Shown: piece after piece, positions 49,365 through 59,407 of the stretch | Position numbering within the stretch: position 1 is the first letter of the stretch | Layout of the letters: each line of letters opens with the position of its first letter | From: an uncultured Nitrospiraceae bacterium | Lineage (GTDB): Bacteria; Nitrospirota; Nitrospiria; Nitrospirales; Nitrospiraceae | Direction of reading: 5' to 3' | Assembly (NCBI GenBank): GCA_963706325.1 | Contig: CAVPLT010000007.1 | Span: 1-64,000 of the forward strand | Length of the DNA stretch: 64,000 nt | The notes under the pieces: model-generated | Database searches by the model: none | What the model was told of the DNA's origin: nothing | The model's input: the letters and a program-made list of their open reading frames with translations, nothing else | Position numbers and translations under genes: made by a program

Positions 49365-51599
49365 GTGACCGCACTGTCTTCGCGAACCATCTTCGCGGCT
49401 CTCACAGCCTGGTTCCTATTGTCGTGGTTGCTGATCGCCACGGCAGAATTACCGCGCGCCCTCCCATTGACGCCAGCACCCTGTGTTTCCGCTGAAGACT
49501 GTTTCCGTTCGGCTGTCGCGATGAATGAGCGATCAGGCGTTCCGGCACAACGCGACCAGACGATGCTATTGAAAATCGAGCAGTTACGGGCGGTGATGGA
49601 TCTGTATCCCTCGACGGTCTGGGCGAAACGGGCCGGAGTGGTCCTTGGAGTCCTTTTGATCGAACGGGAGCCCGCCGAAGCCGTGAAACTGCTCCGTGGG
49701 GCCCAACCGGATATTCCAGTCTTGGACGATTATCTTCGCCTCTGGATCGGAGAATCCCTCCTCCGGCTGAACGAGCCTATCCAGGCTGCTGAATTGTTCG
49801 AAACAATCCCCAAGCTGGTGCCTGATTCTAACTTGATTACGAAGGCCGCGTACCGCACGGGAGAGGCCTGGTTTAACGCAAACGTCTGTTTTCGCGCCGT
49901 GGAATGGTTGGAGCGTGCGGTGACTCTAGGTGATAAGGATCCGGCCGCACCGCTCGCATTATCACATCAAGCTGAGTGCCATATCCGAGAGAACCGACTT
50001 CCGGCCGCGCGCGAGGCCCTGAAGCAGTTGTGGCTGCGGTATCCGCAGGCGCCAGAATCGCGCGAGGCGAAAGCGCGATTGGATACGGCCCTGGGCGGAG
50101 AGGTGTGGACGCCGACAGCTGAAGACCATGCTCTCCGTGCGCAAGCGTTCCTGACGCTAGCCATGCAAGGCGAGGCAGTCGAAGAACTGAGACGTTTTCT
50201 CGCGTTGAGCCCCGCGCATCCTCGACGATTTGATGCCCGGCTCAAGTTGGGTGTGGCCTATGTTCGCCTCAAGCAATATGACCTGGCTCGGGAGACCTTT
50301 CGCAGCCTGGTTGCTGATCGTGTGCAAGAATCCTCGGAAGCTACGGTCTGGTTAGCCCGAGTCTATCTTCGACAGAATCACGGCGACAGACTTATTGAGC
50401 TGGCTCGATCGGTAGCTCAGAGTTCCCTAGGGGGTGATCAACGGGCGATGGTGCATCTCTTTGCCGGGGTGTGGCTTGAGGACCAGGGGCGGTTCGATGA
50501 AGCGATGAGCATGTTTCGGCAGGTTGCGAAACTCGGTGAGTCGGCGAGCCAGCGTGCGGAAGGTCTGTGGCGCGCGGGGTGGTCCCAATATCGAACCGCT
50601 CGGTACCGAGAGTCAGCGGAGACATTTCGTGCCGTGGTCGACTTGCATGTGAACGGATTTGAGCCCCAAGCGATGTATTGGGCAGCGCGCGCAGATGAGC
50701 GCGAAAACAGCGCGGGAGCTGCCGAGCAATACGCGCGAGTCTGCCAGCGGTACGCCTATAGTTATTATTGCCAGCTGGCCGGGCGCCGTTTCGCTTTGCC
50801 ACCGGCCATTTCTATGGTTGCGACAGTGGAATCTCCGGCGGATGAGGACAGCGCGCGCTTGCCGGAAAATCGGCGTCCCGAAATCGAACGCCATGTGGTC
50901 TATCAACGGGGGATCGAACTCAAGACATTGGGATTTGTTCAGGATGCGGCCCGTGAACTGGGGTTCTTGACGGAACAATACAGCCGCGATCAGGACGTCC
51001 TGCTGGCCTTCTCCACGTTGCTTAGCGAAGTGGGGGCATACCATCCCGCATTACGCGTGGCCAAGGTGCATTTTAGGGAGAAGTTGGAACGAAGCGGGTT
51101 GTCGACGGCGCCAGCTCTGTGGACCGTCGCCTATCCCACAGGACTTGTTCCCACCATTGCGGCGCAAGGTGTGGTCGCGGTCGATCCTTACCTGGCCGCA
51201 GCGATCATCCGCGAGGAAAGCCAATATGACGAGAAGGCCCTCTCTGTAGTAGGCGCGGTGGGGCTGATGCAACTGATGCCCGTCACGGCGAATGCGGTGG
51301 CGCAGCGTCATGGCTTTCCGCCGGTGGGACGGGAAGAATTGTTTGATCGCGAGATCAATATTCGGCTTGGTGTGCGGTACCTCGGCCAGTTGCTCGACCA
51401 ATATAACGGTAACCTTGCGTATGCGGTGGCGGCTTACAACGCTGGACCGATGGCGGTCAACAATTGGATTGCGGTGCACCAGGGACGGGATCAAGACGAG
51501 TTCGTTGAGCTCATCCCTTATCAAGAAACGCGGTTATATGTGAAGCGAGTCTTGCGCAGTTACGGGGAATATCGGCGGCTTCATAACGGCACGTCCTAG
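49365..51599 (+). CDS. TPR-containing soluble lytic transglycosylase (Slt70-like)
   Basis: TPR helices, then IIREES, GAVGLMQLMP, AAYNAG and ETRLYVKRV. Confidence 0.9.
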   Translation: MTALSSRTIFAALTAWFLLSWLLIATAELPRALPLTPAPCVSAEDCFRSAVAMNERSGVPAQRDQTMLLKIEQLRAVMDLYPSTVWAKRAGVVLGVLLIEREPAEAVKLLRGAQPDIPVLDDYLRLWIGESLLRLNEPIQAAELFETIPKLVPDSNLITKAAYRTGEAWFNANVCFRAVEWLERAVTLGDKDPAAPLALSHQAECHIRENRLPAAREALKQLWLRYPQAPESREAKARLDTALGGEVWTPTAEDHALRAQAFLTLAMQGEAVEELRRFLALSPAHPRRFDARLKLGVAYVRLKQYDLARETFRSLVADRVQESSEATVWLARVYLRQNHGDRLIELARSVAQSSLGGDQRAMVHLFAGVWLEDQGRFDEAMSMFRQVAKLGESASQRAEGLWRAGWSQYRTARYRESAETFRAVVDLHVNGFEPQAMYWAARADERENSAGAAEQYARVCQRYAYSYYCQLAGRRFALPPAISMVATVESPADEDSARLPENRRPEIERHVVYQRGIELKTLGFVQDAARELGFLTEQYSRDQDVLLAFSTLLSEVGAYHPALRVAKVHFREKLERSGLSTAPALWTVAYPTGLVPTIAAQGVVAVDPYLAAAIIREESQYDEKALSVVGAVGLMQLMPVTANAVAQRHGFPPVGREELFDREINIRLGVRYLGQLLDQYNGNLAYAVAAYNAGPMAVNNWIAVHQGRDQDEFVELIPYQETRLYVKRVLRSYGEYRRLHNGTS

Positions 51600-51613
51600 T
51601 GGGAGTCGTTTTC

Positions 51614-51642
51614 TTGACAAGCTGGAGCGAACTTCCTATATT
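51614..51642 (+). promoter_or_regulatory. sigma70 promoter of zapB-zapA
   Basis: TTGACA-17nt-TATATT. Confidence 0.7.
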
Positions 51643-51695
51643 TCGCATCCGTCGCTATATCTGTTGAACCACCCACTTTGACATGAGGAAATACC

Positions 51696-51950
51696 ATGAC
51701 TTTAGATCGTCTCGACGCCCTTGAAATTCGGATTCGTGATTTGGTGAAGCTCGTTCAGGACCTGAAGCGAAAGAATGTGTCGTTGGAAGATGAGTTGCGA
51801 CTGGCTCGGGAACGGGTCGCGGTGCGGGACGATGAGAATCGACGATGGGAGCAGGAGCGGGTCGATATTCGCTCGCGCATCGAAAAGGTGCTGGGCGAAA
51901 TTGATGTGTTGGAATGCCTGGATGAACCCAAGGAGGTGGCTTTTGACTAA
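51696..51950 (+). CDS. ZapB-like coiled-coil cell division protein
   Basis: 84-aa coiled coil overlapping zapA. Confidence 0.7.
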   Translation: MTLDRLDALEIRIRDLVKLVQDLKRKNVSLEDELRLARERVAVRDDENRRWEQERVDIRSRIEKVLGEIDVLECLDEPKEVAFD

Positions 51951-52239
51951 GACCATTGATGTGGAGATCTACGGCCAACGTTACAGCATCACCGGCGAAG
52001 CAGATGAGTCCTACGTGAAGAAGCTTGCCGATCTCGTCGATACGCACATGAAACATGTGGCGGCCGGACTGCGGTCCGCCACCCCGGCCAAACTGGCCGT
52101 CCTCGCGGCCATCAATATTGCTCACGAATTAATGGAGTCAGAGCGTAAGAGTCGTCAGGGCGAGGCCGACGCGGATCGCCGGATGGCATCCCTGATGGAG
52201 TCAATCGATCAACAAATGCCGTCCATGCTGTCCCGGTGA
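51943..52239 (+). CDS. zapA: Cell division protein ZapA
   Basis: VEIYGQRYSI and AVLAAINIAHEL. TTG start after AAGGAGG. Confidence 0.9.
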   Translation: MTKTIDVEIYGQRYSITGEADESYVKKLADLVDTHMKHVAAGLRSATPAKLAVLAAINIAHELMESERKSRQGEADADRRMASLMESIDQQMPSMLSR

Positions 52240-52247
52240 GTTTCACC

Positions 52248-52276
52248 TTGCTTTCATATCACTCCTTTGCTATCGT
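52248..52276 (+). promoter_or_regulatory. sigma70 promoter of the structured RNA / rny
   Basis: TTGCTT-17nt-TATCGT with an extended -10 TG. Confidence 0.6.
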
Positions 52277-52282
52277 TTCTGT

Positions 52283-52735
52283 GTTGTATTGACCTGAGGG
52301 TCAGCAAGAGCTGGAGAGGAAAGGAAGCTTCGAATAAGGACGGAAAATTCTGAACACAGTTTTTGAGCTCTAAGAATATGGAATCGCTGAGTTTCATAGT
52401 GCTGTTCGGTGTGGTTATGGTGGCATGGGTTGACCGGCTGGCCCGTGTGTGTACGACTGTGCGACAGGTGGATGACAGCTCGGTGTTGTTAAGCAGGGAG
52501 CACATGCTGGCCCGTATACCCTCGGGCACTCTCTGCTCGGTACATGTTCCTATCCCAATCAAGCGGTCTGGTTATCTTCGCTTGCGAGGTGATAGGCGAA
52601 GTGATTCGGGTCGAGGGCGACCACCCCTCCGCTTGAATTAGCGATAGCGATTCCTCGAATCAGTCTGCAGGCTCAGAACTCAGGGTTTCTCCCTACTCAT
52701 TTACGCAGTCCTTTCCCACTCTCCGTGCTCCCCTA
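52283..52735 (+). ncRNA. Long structured RNA at the 6S RNA (ssrS) syntenic position
   Basis: Nested long-range pairings between 52308-52388 and 52646-52730, its own promoter, and a zapA-rny position. Ends are approximate. Confidence 0.6.
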
Positions 52736-52802
52736 AACACTGGCTGCGATCATTTGCAGGGTGACAGCGTGCTGTCCCGCTGCCGTAAGGGAGGTGGTTC
52801 CC

Positions 52803-54371
52803 ATTTCTCTCAGCGTCGTTGCGTACATCATTATAGGATTGGTGGGAGCGGTGTTAGGCGCCGTTGGTTATGAGTTCTTGCGACGCCGATCAGGATTGGC
52901 GCGCCGAGCCGAGGCGGAAAATCAGTCGGCGCAGGTTGTGCAGTCGGCCCAGCGCGAAGCAGAGAACTTGGTGAAAGAAGCCAAGCTGGAAGCGAAGGAT
53001 TTGGTCTTCCAAGCAAAAATTGAACTGGAGAAGGAACAGAAAGCCAAGCTCGCCGAGGTTTCTACTACGGAACGGCGAGTCTTGCAACGGGAAGAAAGTC
53101 TCGACAAGAAGGTGGCGGTTCTGGAAAAGCGCGATCAGGAAACACTCAGGCGCGAACAGGAGATCCTCAAGCGAGAGGAGGGTCTGGCTCAAAAGGAAGC
53201 GGCATGCGCCCAGGCTACGAAGCAGCATCGTGAGGCACTCGAGCGGGTGGCGAGCTTAACCGCTGAGGAAGCCAAACGGCAACTGATTCAAGAAATGGAC
53301 AGCCAGGCGCGTCTGGAAGCGGCCGGTCTTGCGAAGCGCATGCTGGAAGAGGCAAAGGAAAATGCCGATCGCGAAGCGCGAGAGATCATTTCTCTTTCCA
53401 TCCAACGCGTGACGCGCGACTATGTGAATGAAGCGACGATTTCGGTCGTGCCGATCGCGAATGACGCGATGAAGGGCCGGATCATCGGTCGCGAAGGACG
53501 AAACATTCGCGCAATCGAAGCGGCCACGGGAATCGATCTCATTATCGATGAGACGCCCGAGGCGGTCATTATTTCAGGGTTCGATCCACTCCGACGTGAA
53601 ATCGCCAAGGTATCTCTCGAACGACTCATGCACGATGGGCGAATCCATCCGACCCGCATCGAAGAGATAGTCGAAAAGGTCAAGATTGATATTGAAAAGC
53701 TCATGATCGAAGAGGCCGAGAAGGTCATCTTCGAGGTCGGTTTGTCCGATTTTCATCCCGAGTTGGTCAAGGTGCTCGGCAGGCTCAAATATCGAACCAG
53801 TTATGGCCAGAACAATTTGTATCATGCTCGAGAGGCCGCCTACATCTGCGGCATCATGGCATCTGAGTTGAAACTCGACGTCAAGCTCGCCAAGCGCGGG
53901 GCGTTGTTGCATGACATCGGTAAGGCCGTGAGTCACGAAGAAGAGGGACCGCATGCCATGTTAGGCGCGGAGCTCGCCAAGAAGTACGGCGAAAGTCCCA
54001 AGATCGTGAATGCCATTGCGGCACATCACGAGCAAGTGGAGCCGATTTGCCCGGAATCGGTCCTGGTGGCGGCGGCGGAAGCGCTGTCGGCTGCGCGCCC
54101 TGGCGCACGACGTGAGGCGTTAGAGTCCTATGTGAAGCGCTTGGAGAAGTTGGAGTCGCTAGCGACCGTTCACAAGGGTGTTCAGAAGGCCTATGCCATT
54201 CAAGCTGGACGCGAAATTCGTGTGATTGTAAAGCAGGAAGATTTGACGGACCCGGAATGTTTCCAGCTTTCTCGCGATTTGGCCAAGAAAATTGAACAGG
54301 AACTGACCTATCCGGGCCAAATCAAAGTCACGGTGATCCGCGAGAGCCGGTTTGTCGATTTCGCGAAATGA
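52803..54371 (+). CDS. rny: Ribonuclease Y
   Basis: N-terminal TM helix, coiled coil, KH (KGRIIGREGRNIR) and HD (LLHDIGK). Start is either ATT 52803 or GTG 52794/52761. Confidence 0.95.
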   Translation: MSLSVVAYIIIGLVGAVLGAVGYEFLRRRSGLARRAEAENQSAQVVQSAQREAENLVKEAKLEAKDLVFQAKIELEKEQKAKLAEVSTTERRVLQREESLDKKVAVLEKRDQETLRREQEILKREEGLAQKEAACAQATKQHREALERVASLTAEEAKRQLIQEMDSQARLEAAGLAKRMLEEAKENADREAREIISLSIQRVTRDYVNEATISVVPIANDAMKGRIIGREGRNIRAIEAATGIDLIIDETPEAVIISGFDPLRREIAKVSLERLMHDGRIHPTRIEEIVEKVKIDIEKLMIEEAEKVIFEVGLSDFHPELVKVLGRLKYRTSYGQNNLYHAREAAYICGIMASELKLDVKLAKRGALLHDIGKAVSHEEEGPHAMLGAELAKKYGESPKIVNAIAAHHEQVEPICPESVLVAAAEALSAARPGARREALESYVKRLEKLESLATVHKGVQKAYAIQAGREIRVIVKQEDLTDPECFQLSRDLAKKIEQELTYPGQIKVTVIRESRFVDFAK

Positions 54372-54381
54372 GTGCGTAGAC

Positions 54382-55161
54382 ATGAAAGTTCTGATGATCG
54401 GCGATATCATGGGCGAGCCAGGGCGACGGGCCGTGGCTCGCCTGCTTCCCAAGCTCATTGCCAAACACAATATCGACGTTGTGATTGGTAACGGGGAGAA
54501 TGTGGCGGGCGGATTCGGAATCACTCCGGACCTAATGGACGACCTTTTTGATCTCGGGGTGTCGGTGATCACCACCGGAAATCACGCGTGGGACAAGAAA
54601 GAAATTATCGAAGTGTTTCCACGTGAACCGCGTCTCCTACGTCCGGCCAATTATCCCTCTGGGGTGCCTGGACGCGGGAGTTATGTTTTTACGACGCCGG
54701 GTGGTGAGTCCTTGGGGATTCTTCACTTGATGGGACGGGCCTTCATGCCGACGCTTGATTGTCCCTTTCAGGTTGGCAAGCGAGAAGTCGAGCATCTCAA
54801 GACACAGGTTGCGGCCATCGTGGTCGATATGCATGCTGAAGCGACATCTGAGAAGATGGCGATGGCGCATTACCTGGATGGATTGGTGACGGCCGTGGCG
54901 GGCACGCATACTCATGTGCAGACGGCCGATGAGCAAATCCTTCCAAAGGGAACGGCGTATATCACCGATATCGGAATGACCGGTCCGCTCCATTCGGTCA
55001 TCGGAATCAAGAAAGAGTTGGCGATCGAAAAATTCCTCACGGGGATGCCGCGCCGCTTCGAAGTGGCACAGGGACCAACCGTGTTCTGCGCGGTCTTGCT
55101 TGATCTGGATGGGGTGCTCGGCAAAGCCGTGTCCATCGAACGAATCCGAGTGGTGGACTAA
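54382..55161 (+). CDS. ymdB: YmdB-like metallophosphoesterase (TIGR00282 type)
   Basis: GDIMG, NGEN, GNHAWD, DMHAEATSEK and GTHTHV. Confidence 0.92.
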   Translation: MKVLMIGDIMGEPGRRAVARLLPKLIAKHNIDVVIGNGENVAGGFGITPDLMDDLFDLGVSVITTGNHAWDKKEIIEVFPREPRLLRPANYPSGVPGRGSYVFTTPGGESLGILHLMGRAFMPTLDCPFQVGKREVEHLKTQVAAIVVDMHAEATSEKMAMAHYLDGLVTAVAGTHTHVQTADEQILPKGTAYITDIGMTGPLHSVIGIKKELAIEKFLTGMPRRFEVAQGPTVFCAVLLDLDGVLGKAVSIERIRVVD

Positions 55162-55200
55162 TCGTTGTGCCCGTGACTTTTTCGTGTGGCTCCGTGAGAC

Positions 55201-56559
55201 ATGACCGGGCGTAATCCTTCCCTTCCACTTCTCCTCTCCGTGTCCGACGTGACGCGTCTCATTCGCGATTCCCTTGAAGATCAATTCCGGGATATTTGGA
55301 TTCAAGGAGAGGTTTCCAATCTTCGTGCGCCGAGCTCCGGACACCTATACCTCACCATAAAAGACGAGCAAAGCCAGCTTCGTGCCCTGTTCTTCCGGTC
55401 CGGGGTCGCGCGGCTTCGGTTCGCGCTCCAGGAAGGCATGGCGATCATTGCGCGCGGCCGTATTTCGGTATACGAGCCTCGCGGCGAGTATCAACTCGTC
55501 ATCGATTCGCTCGAACCGCAGGGGATCGGGGCGTTTCAGTTGGCGTTCGATCAGCTGAAGGAACGGTTAGCGCGTGAGGGGCTGTTCGAAGAGGCCCGTA
55601 AGCGTCCCTTGCCGGCCTTCCCGAGAACGGTTGGCATTGTGACCTCAAGTACAGGGGCTGCCATTCGCGATATTCTCGCCGTACTTTATCGACGCTGTCC
55701 GCTCGTTCATGTCCTGATTGCGCCTGTTCCGGTTCAGGGGGATGGGGCTGCTGAACGCATTGCCGCTGCGATAACGGCCTTGAGTGCGGTTCCAGAGGTG
55801 GAAGTCGTGATTGTCGGTCGAGGCGGCGGAGCTTCGGAAGATCTCTGGGCCTTTAACGAAGAACTGGTGGTACGTGCAATCGTGCAATCCAGGGTGCCGG
55901 TCGTCTCCGCGGTGGGGCATGAAATCGATGTCACCCTCTCGGACTTTGCGGCCGATTATCGCGCTCCGACTCCTTCTGCGGCAGCGGAGGCGGTGGTCCC
56001 GGTGTTAGCCGAGCTTCTTGACCGGTTAGACGAGGTGAACATTCGTCTGCGACGCACGATACAGACCTTCGTGGTAATGCAGCGCTATCGCGTGGATACG
56101 TCTCTTAGAATCCTGCGAGAAACGCGCTTTCGAATGCAAGCGCAGGCACAACGGCTGGATGAATTGAGCGATGCCCTACGGCGGTCGCTTACAGGGCGTC
56201 TGACCCTGTCACATCGTGGTATGGCGGAGTGTCATCATGCCCTGCTGGCACAGAGTCCCCGGAGCAAGATTGGGACATCGGTCGTGTTGCTTTCGCAACT
56301 GTGCAAGCGGCTGGAGCAGGAGGCTCGCCGAGGACTTGTTCACCGGAGGCAATCAGTGGAAGCTCGCATGACAGCCCTGGATGCCCTCAGTCCCTTAGCG
56401 ATCCTCAGGCGAGGGTACAGTGTTATTCAAGGCGTTCCGTTGGGACAGGTCGTGCGGCGGGCGTCAGAGGTGACCGTTGGAGAGGTCCTCCAAGCTCGAC
56501 TCTCTGAAGGACGGCTGTTGTGCCTCGTCAAGGAAGTTTTGCCTCATTCCGTATCTTGA
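55201..56559 (+). CDS. xseA: Exodeoxyribonuclease VII large subunit
   Basis: GEVSN..SGHLY, RGGG..EDLWAFN, GHEID and APTPSAAAE. Confidence 0.95.
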   Translation: MTGRNPSLPLLLSVSDVTRLIRDSLEDQFRDIWIQGEVSNLRAPSSGHLYLTIKDEQSQLRALFFRSGVARLRFALQEGMAIIARGRISVYEPRGEYQLVIDSLEPQGIGAFQLAFDQLKERLAREGLFEEARKRPLPAFPRTVGIVTSSTGAAIRDILAVLYRRCPLVHVLIAPVPVQGDGAAERIAAAITALSAVPEVEVVIVGRGGGASEDLWAFNEELVVRAIVQSRVPVVSAVGHEIDVTLSDFAADYRAPTPSAAAEAVVPVLAELLDRLDEVNIRLRRTIQTFVVMQRYRVDTSLRILRETRFRMQAQAQRLDELSDALRRSLTGRLTLSHRGMAECHHALLAQSPRSKIGTSVVLLSQLCKRLEQEARRGLVHRRQSVEARMTALDALSPLAILRRGYSVIQGVPLGQVVRRASEVTVGEVLQARLSEGRLLCLVKEVLPHSVS

Positions 56560-56616
56560 CCTCTCCAAGGGGGCGGGCAATAATGCGTGCGTAAACGAAC
56601 TTGCAAGGGAGATGGT

Positions 56617-56865
56617 GTGGCCGCGATTAAGTTTGAGTATGCCATGGCGAGATTGGAAACGATCGTCGCTGAACTGGAGAAGGGCGATCTGCCCCTCGAT
56701 GACTCGCTGAAGATTTTTGAGGAAGGGATCAGGTTGTCGAAAACCTGCCTCAAGATGCTGGAAGATGCTGAACGGAAAGTCGAGATCCTGGTTCAGGAAA
56801 AGGATGGCAAGAAGCATATTCAAGCGTTTACTCTGGGTGACGATGAGTCCGAGCGTTCTCAGTGA
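56617..56865 (+). CDS. xseB: Exodeoxyribonuclease VII small subunit
   Basis: FEYAMARLETIV..LDDSLKIFEEG. Confidence 0.93.
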   Translation: MAAIKFEYAMARLETIVAELEKGDLPLDDSLKIFEEGIRLSKTCLKMLEDAERKVEILVQEKDGKKHIQAFTLGDDESERSQ

Positions 56866-56932
56866 CGGTGCGGTCAGTGCGTAAGTCCGAGCACGGCGCC
56901 TTTTCCTCAGCGCCTCATCCTCCAGCGGTAAT

Positions 56933-57736
56933 ATGATTCAAAAAATACGTCCAGAGCGCGAGCGACTCGATCGTGCGCTTGTGAGCCGAGGGTTGGTGAC
57001 AAGTCGTGAGGATGCCGCTCGACTCATTCTTGCCGGCCTGGTTCGCGTGGATGGAATGCTCGTTGATAAGGCGGCAAAACCCATTCTGCCCGACGCTCAG
57101 GTGGTGGTCGCTGGGCGAGGATCGCCCTACGTCGGCCGCGGCGGCGAAAAGTTGGCTGCGGCCCTCGATCATTTCCAGGTCGAGCCGAAGGGGATGGTTT
57201 GTTTCGATGTGGGCTGTTCCACTGGAGGCTTCACTGATTGTCTCCTGCAGCGTGGCGCGGCTCGGGTCTATGCCGTTGATGTGGGGTATGGACAATTCGA
57301 TTGGCGACTTCGGCAGGATCCGCGTGTCTCACTCAAGGAACGAACGAACATTCGGTATCTTGAAGCGGGTTTTATCCAGGATCCGATCAGCCTGATCGTC
57401 ATCGATGTCTCGTTCATTTCACTCACTCTCGTGCTCCCTTGTGTGGTGCCCTACCTGACTGATTCAGGGGGAATTATCACGCTGATCAAGCCGCAGTTTG
57501 AGGTGGGAAAAGGTCTTGTCGGACGGGGGGGAATCGTTCGGGATGACGGATTGCGCGAGGGCTCGGCTCAGAAAGTGGTGGTCTGTGCCGATCAGCTGGG
57601 GCTGGAGTTGGCAGGCCGCATAGATTCACCCATTGATGGACGCAAGGGGAACCGAGAAATGCTAGCGTGGTTTCGTCGGCGCGGTAGAGCGATTCAACCG
57701 CAAGCTCCAAACGAAAACGCTTTGCCGATGGGCTGA
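56933..57736 (+). CDS. tlyA: TlyA-family rRNA methyltransferase
   Basis: S4-like RLD, YVGRGGEKL, DVGCSTGGFTD, DVSFISL and IKPQFE. Confidence 0.93.
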   Translation: MIQKIRPERERLDRALVSRGLVTSREDAARLILAGLVRVDGMLVDKAAKPILPDAQVVVAGRGSPYVGRGGEKLAAALDHFQVEPKGMVCFDVGCSTGGFTDCLLQRGAARVYAVDVGYGQFDWRLRQDPRVSLKERTNIRYLEAGFIQDPISLIVIDVSFISLTLVLPCVVPYLTDSGGIITLIKPQFEVGKGLVGRGGIVRDDGLREGSAQKVVVCADQLGLELAGRIDSPIDGRKGNREMLAWFRRRGRAIQPQAPNENALPMG

Positions 57737-57811
57737 GAAGGTGTAGGCTGACCTTCGATTATTGGTTTGAGGATCGTTGGAGTCTGTCATGAAGGTGAGG
57801 CGAGGGCACGT

Positions 57812-58735
57812 ATGAAAGTTTTGGTTACCGGAGGGGCGGGATTTATTGGGTCACACGTGGTGGATCGCCTGCTCCAAGAAGGTCACGACGTGGTGGTGGT
57901 CGATAATCTCGTTACGGGTAAGCGAAGAAACGTGCCCAAAGTGGCGCAATTCTATAAGCTTGATATCGAAAATCCAAAGTTGGAGCGGATCTTTCGGAAT
58001 GAACGACCCTCGGTCGTGTTTCATTTGGCCGCGCAGATGAATGTGCGGCGCTCGGTAGATGACCCCATGTTCGATGCGCAGGTCAATGTCTTAGGGACTT
58101 TGAATGTTCTTGAACAGGCTTCGAAGCATGGTGCGAGAAAGGTTATTTTTTCATCGTCCGGCGGAGCCATCTATGGAGAACAGCTCACCTTTCCTGCGCC
58201 TGAAAGCCATATTACCCAGCCACTCTCCCCATACGGCATCAGCAAGTTGTGCGGGGAGCATTATTTGTCCTACTACCATCGGCTGAGCGGGATTCAGGTA
58301 GTGAGTCTTCGATATGCCAATGTCTATGGGCCGCGGCAGGATCCTGAAGGGGAGGCCGGAGTCGTCGCAATTTTTATTCAAAAGATGCTGCATGGGGAAC
58401 AAGCGGTGATTAATGGCAATGGCCGTCAAACGCGAGACTTCGTGTTTGTCGAAGATGTCGTGGAGTCAAACTTGATGGCAATGGGGCCCGACGTTGAAGG
58501 AGTGTACAACGTCGGCATGGGTGTTGAGACCTCCGTCAATGATTTATTCCAAATTGTCGTCGAGCTTACCAAAGTCGAATTCAAAGAGGTACATGGACCG
58601 GCGAAGAGAGGTGAGCAGGCGAGAAGCGTCATTGATTCCGCTAAGCTTTACCGCGAACTTGGGTGGGAACCCAAGGTGGATTTGCGTGAGGGGCTCCGGC
58701 GGACGGTCGAATATTTTCGCGAGCAGCTTGGGTAG
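57812..58735 (+). CDS. NAD-dependent epimerase/dehydratase (GalE-like)
   Basis: TGGAGFIG, YGISK and RYANVYGPRQ. Confidence 0.92.
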   Translation: MKVLVTGGAGFIGSHVVDRLLQEGHDVVVVDNLVTGKRRNVPKVAQFYKLDIENPKLERIFRNERPSVVFHLAAQMNVRRSVDDPMFDAQVNVLGTLNVLEQASKHGARKVIFSSSGGAIYGEQLTFPAPESHITQPLSPYGISKLCGEHYLSYYHRLSGIQVVSLRYANVYGPRQDPEGEAGVVAIFIQKMLHGEQAVINGNGRQTRDFVFVEDVVESNLMAMGPDVEGVYNVGMGVETSVNDLFQIVVELTKVEFKEVHGPAKRGEQARSVIDSAKLYRELGWEPKVDLREGLRRTVEYFREQLG

Positions 58736-58744
58736 AAACGTGGA

Positions 58745-59065
58745 TTAGTAACGAGGGACGGATGGATCTACCTGGGTAGACCATGCATCAATGCCGCCGA
58801 TCAGGTTTTTAACGTTTCCGAACCCCTGCTGCAGTAGAAATCCGGTCGCATCAGCGCTTCTCATGCCATGGTGACAATAGGCAATAATTTCAGCGTTGCG
58901 ATCGAGCTTGCCTAGAGATTGTTGAAGAGTTGCCAACGGGACTAGGACAGATCCCTCTAGCTTGGCCAGGGCATATTCCCACGGTTCGCGAACATCGACA
59001 AGCACAAGCTTGTCACCTTTATCCAGCCTCGACTTAAGATCTTTGGGCGTAATCGTAAAACTCAT
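58745..59065 (-). CDS. Single-domain rhodanese
   Basis: DVREPWE, CHHGMRS and GGIDAW. Confidence 0.92.
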   Translation of the reverse strand: MSFTITPKDLKSRLDKGDKLVLVDVREPWEYALAKLEGSVLVPLATLQQSLGKLDRNAEIIAYCHHGMRSADATGFLLQQGFGNVKNLIGGIDAWSTQVDPSVPRY

Positions 59066-59091
59066 CAGTGCACCTCCATCTGTATGACCGG

Positions 59092-59120
59092 ATCATAAGG
59101 AGCCAGAAAAGGGGTGTCAA
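59092..59120 (-). promoter_or_regulatory. Near-consensus sigma70 promoter of rhodanese
   Basis: TTGACA-17nt-TATGAT on the minus strand. Confidence 0.75.
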
Positions 59121-59391
59121 CTCGGGGGCGTTTCCTATCCGTCGTTCGGACAGTTCCCCAGAGCAGATATTTATTTCTTTGGAGAGGCCAAGGCTAAGGG
59201 GATGGAATACTGAAAGAGCCAGGGAGTAATTTCTGCAACTGACGGTTACAAGCTCTTCGTGAAGGAGTCGTTTTTTTGCTGAAGTGTACAAATCCTGCCT
59301 ACTGATTAGTTGATTCGGCGGTGAAGATAAAAGCATAATCACCGATAAAGCCTTGATGCCTGCTGATTCGCAGACTGCAATGGATTTTTGA

Positions 59392-59407
59392 AGGCATGAT
59401 ATTTGCT
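59392..59407 (+). promoter_or_regulatory. Putative sigma54 promoter before cutA
   Basis: AGGCAT-GATAT-TTGCT with GG-N10-GC spacing. Confidence 0.45.

Noticed and set aside
52363..52641. 92-aa ORF between zapA and rny
   Set aside because: TTG start without an SD and no recognisable motif; the region is better explained by RNA structure.
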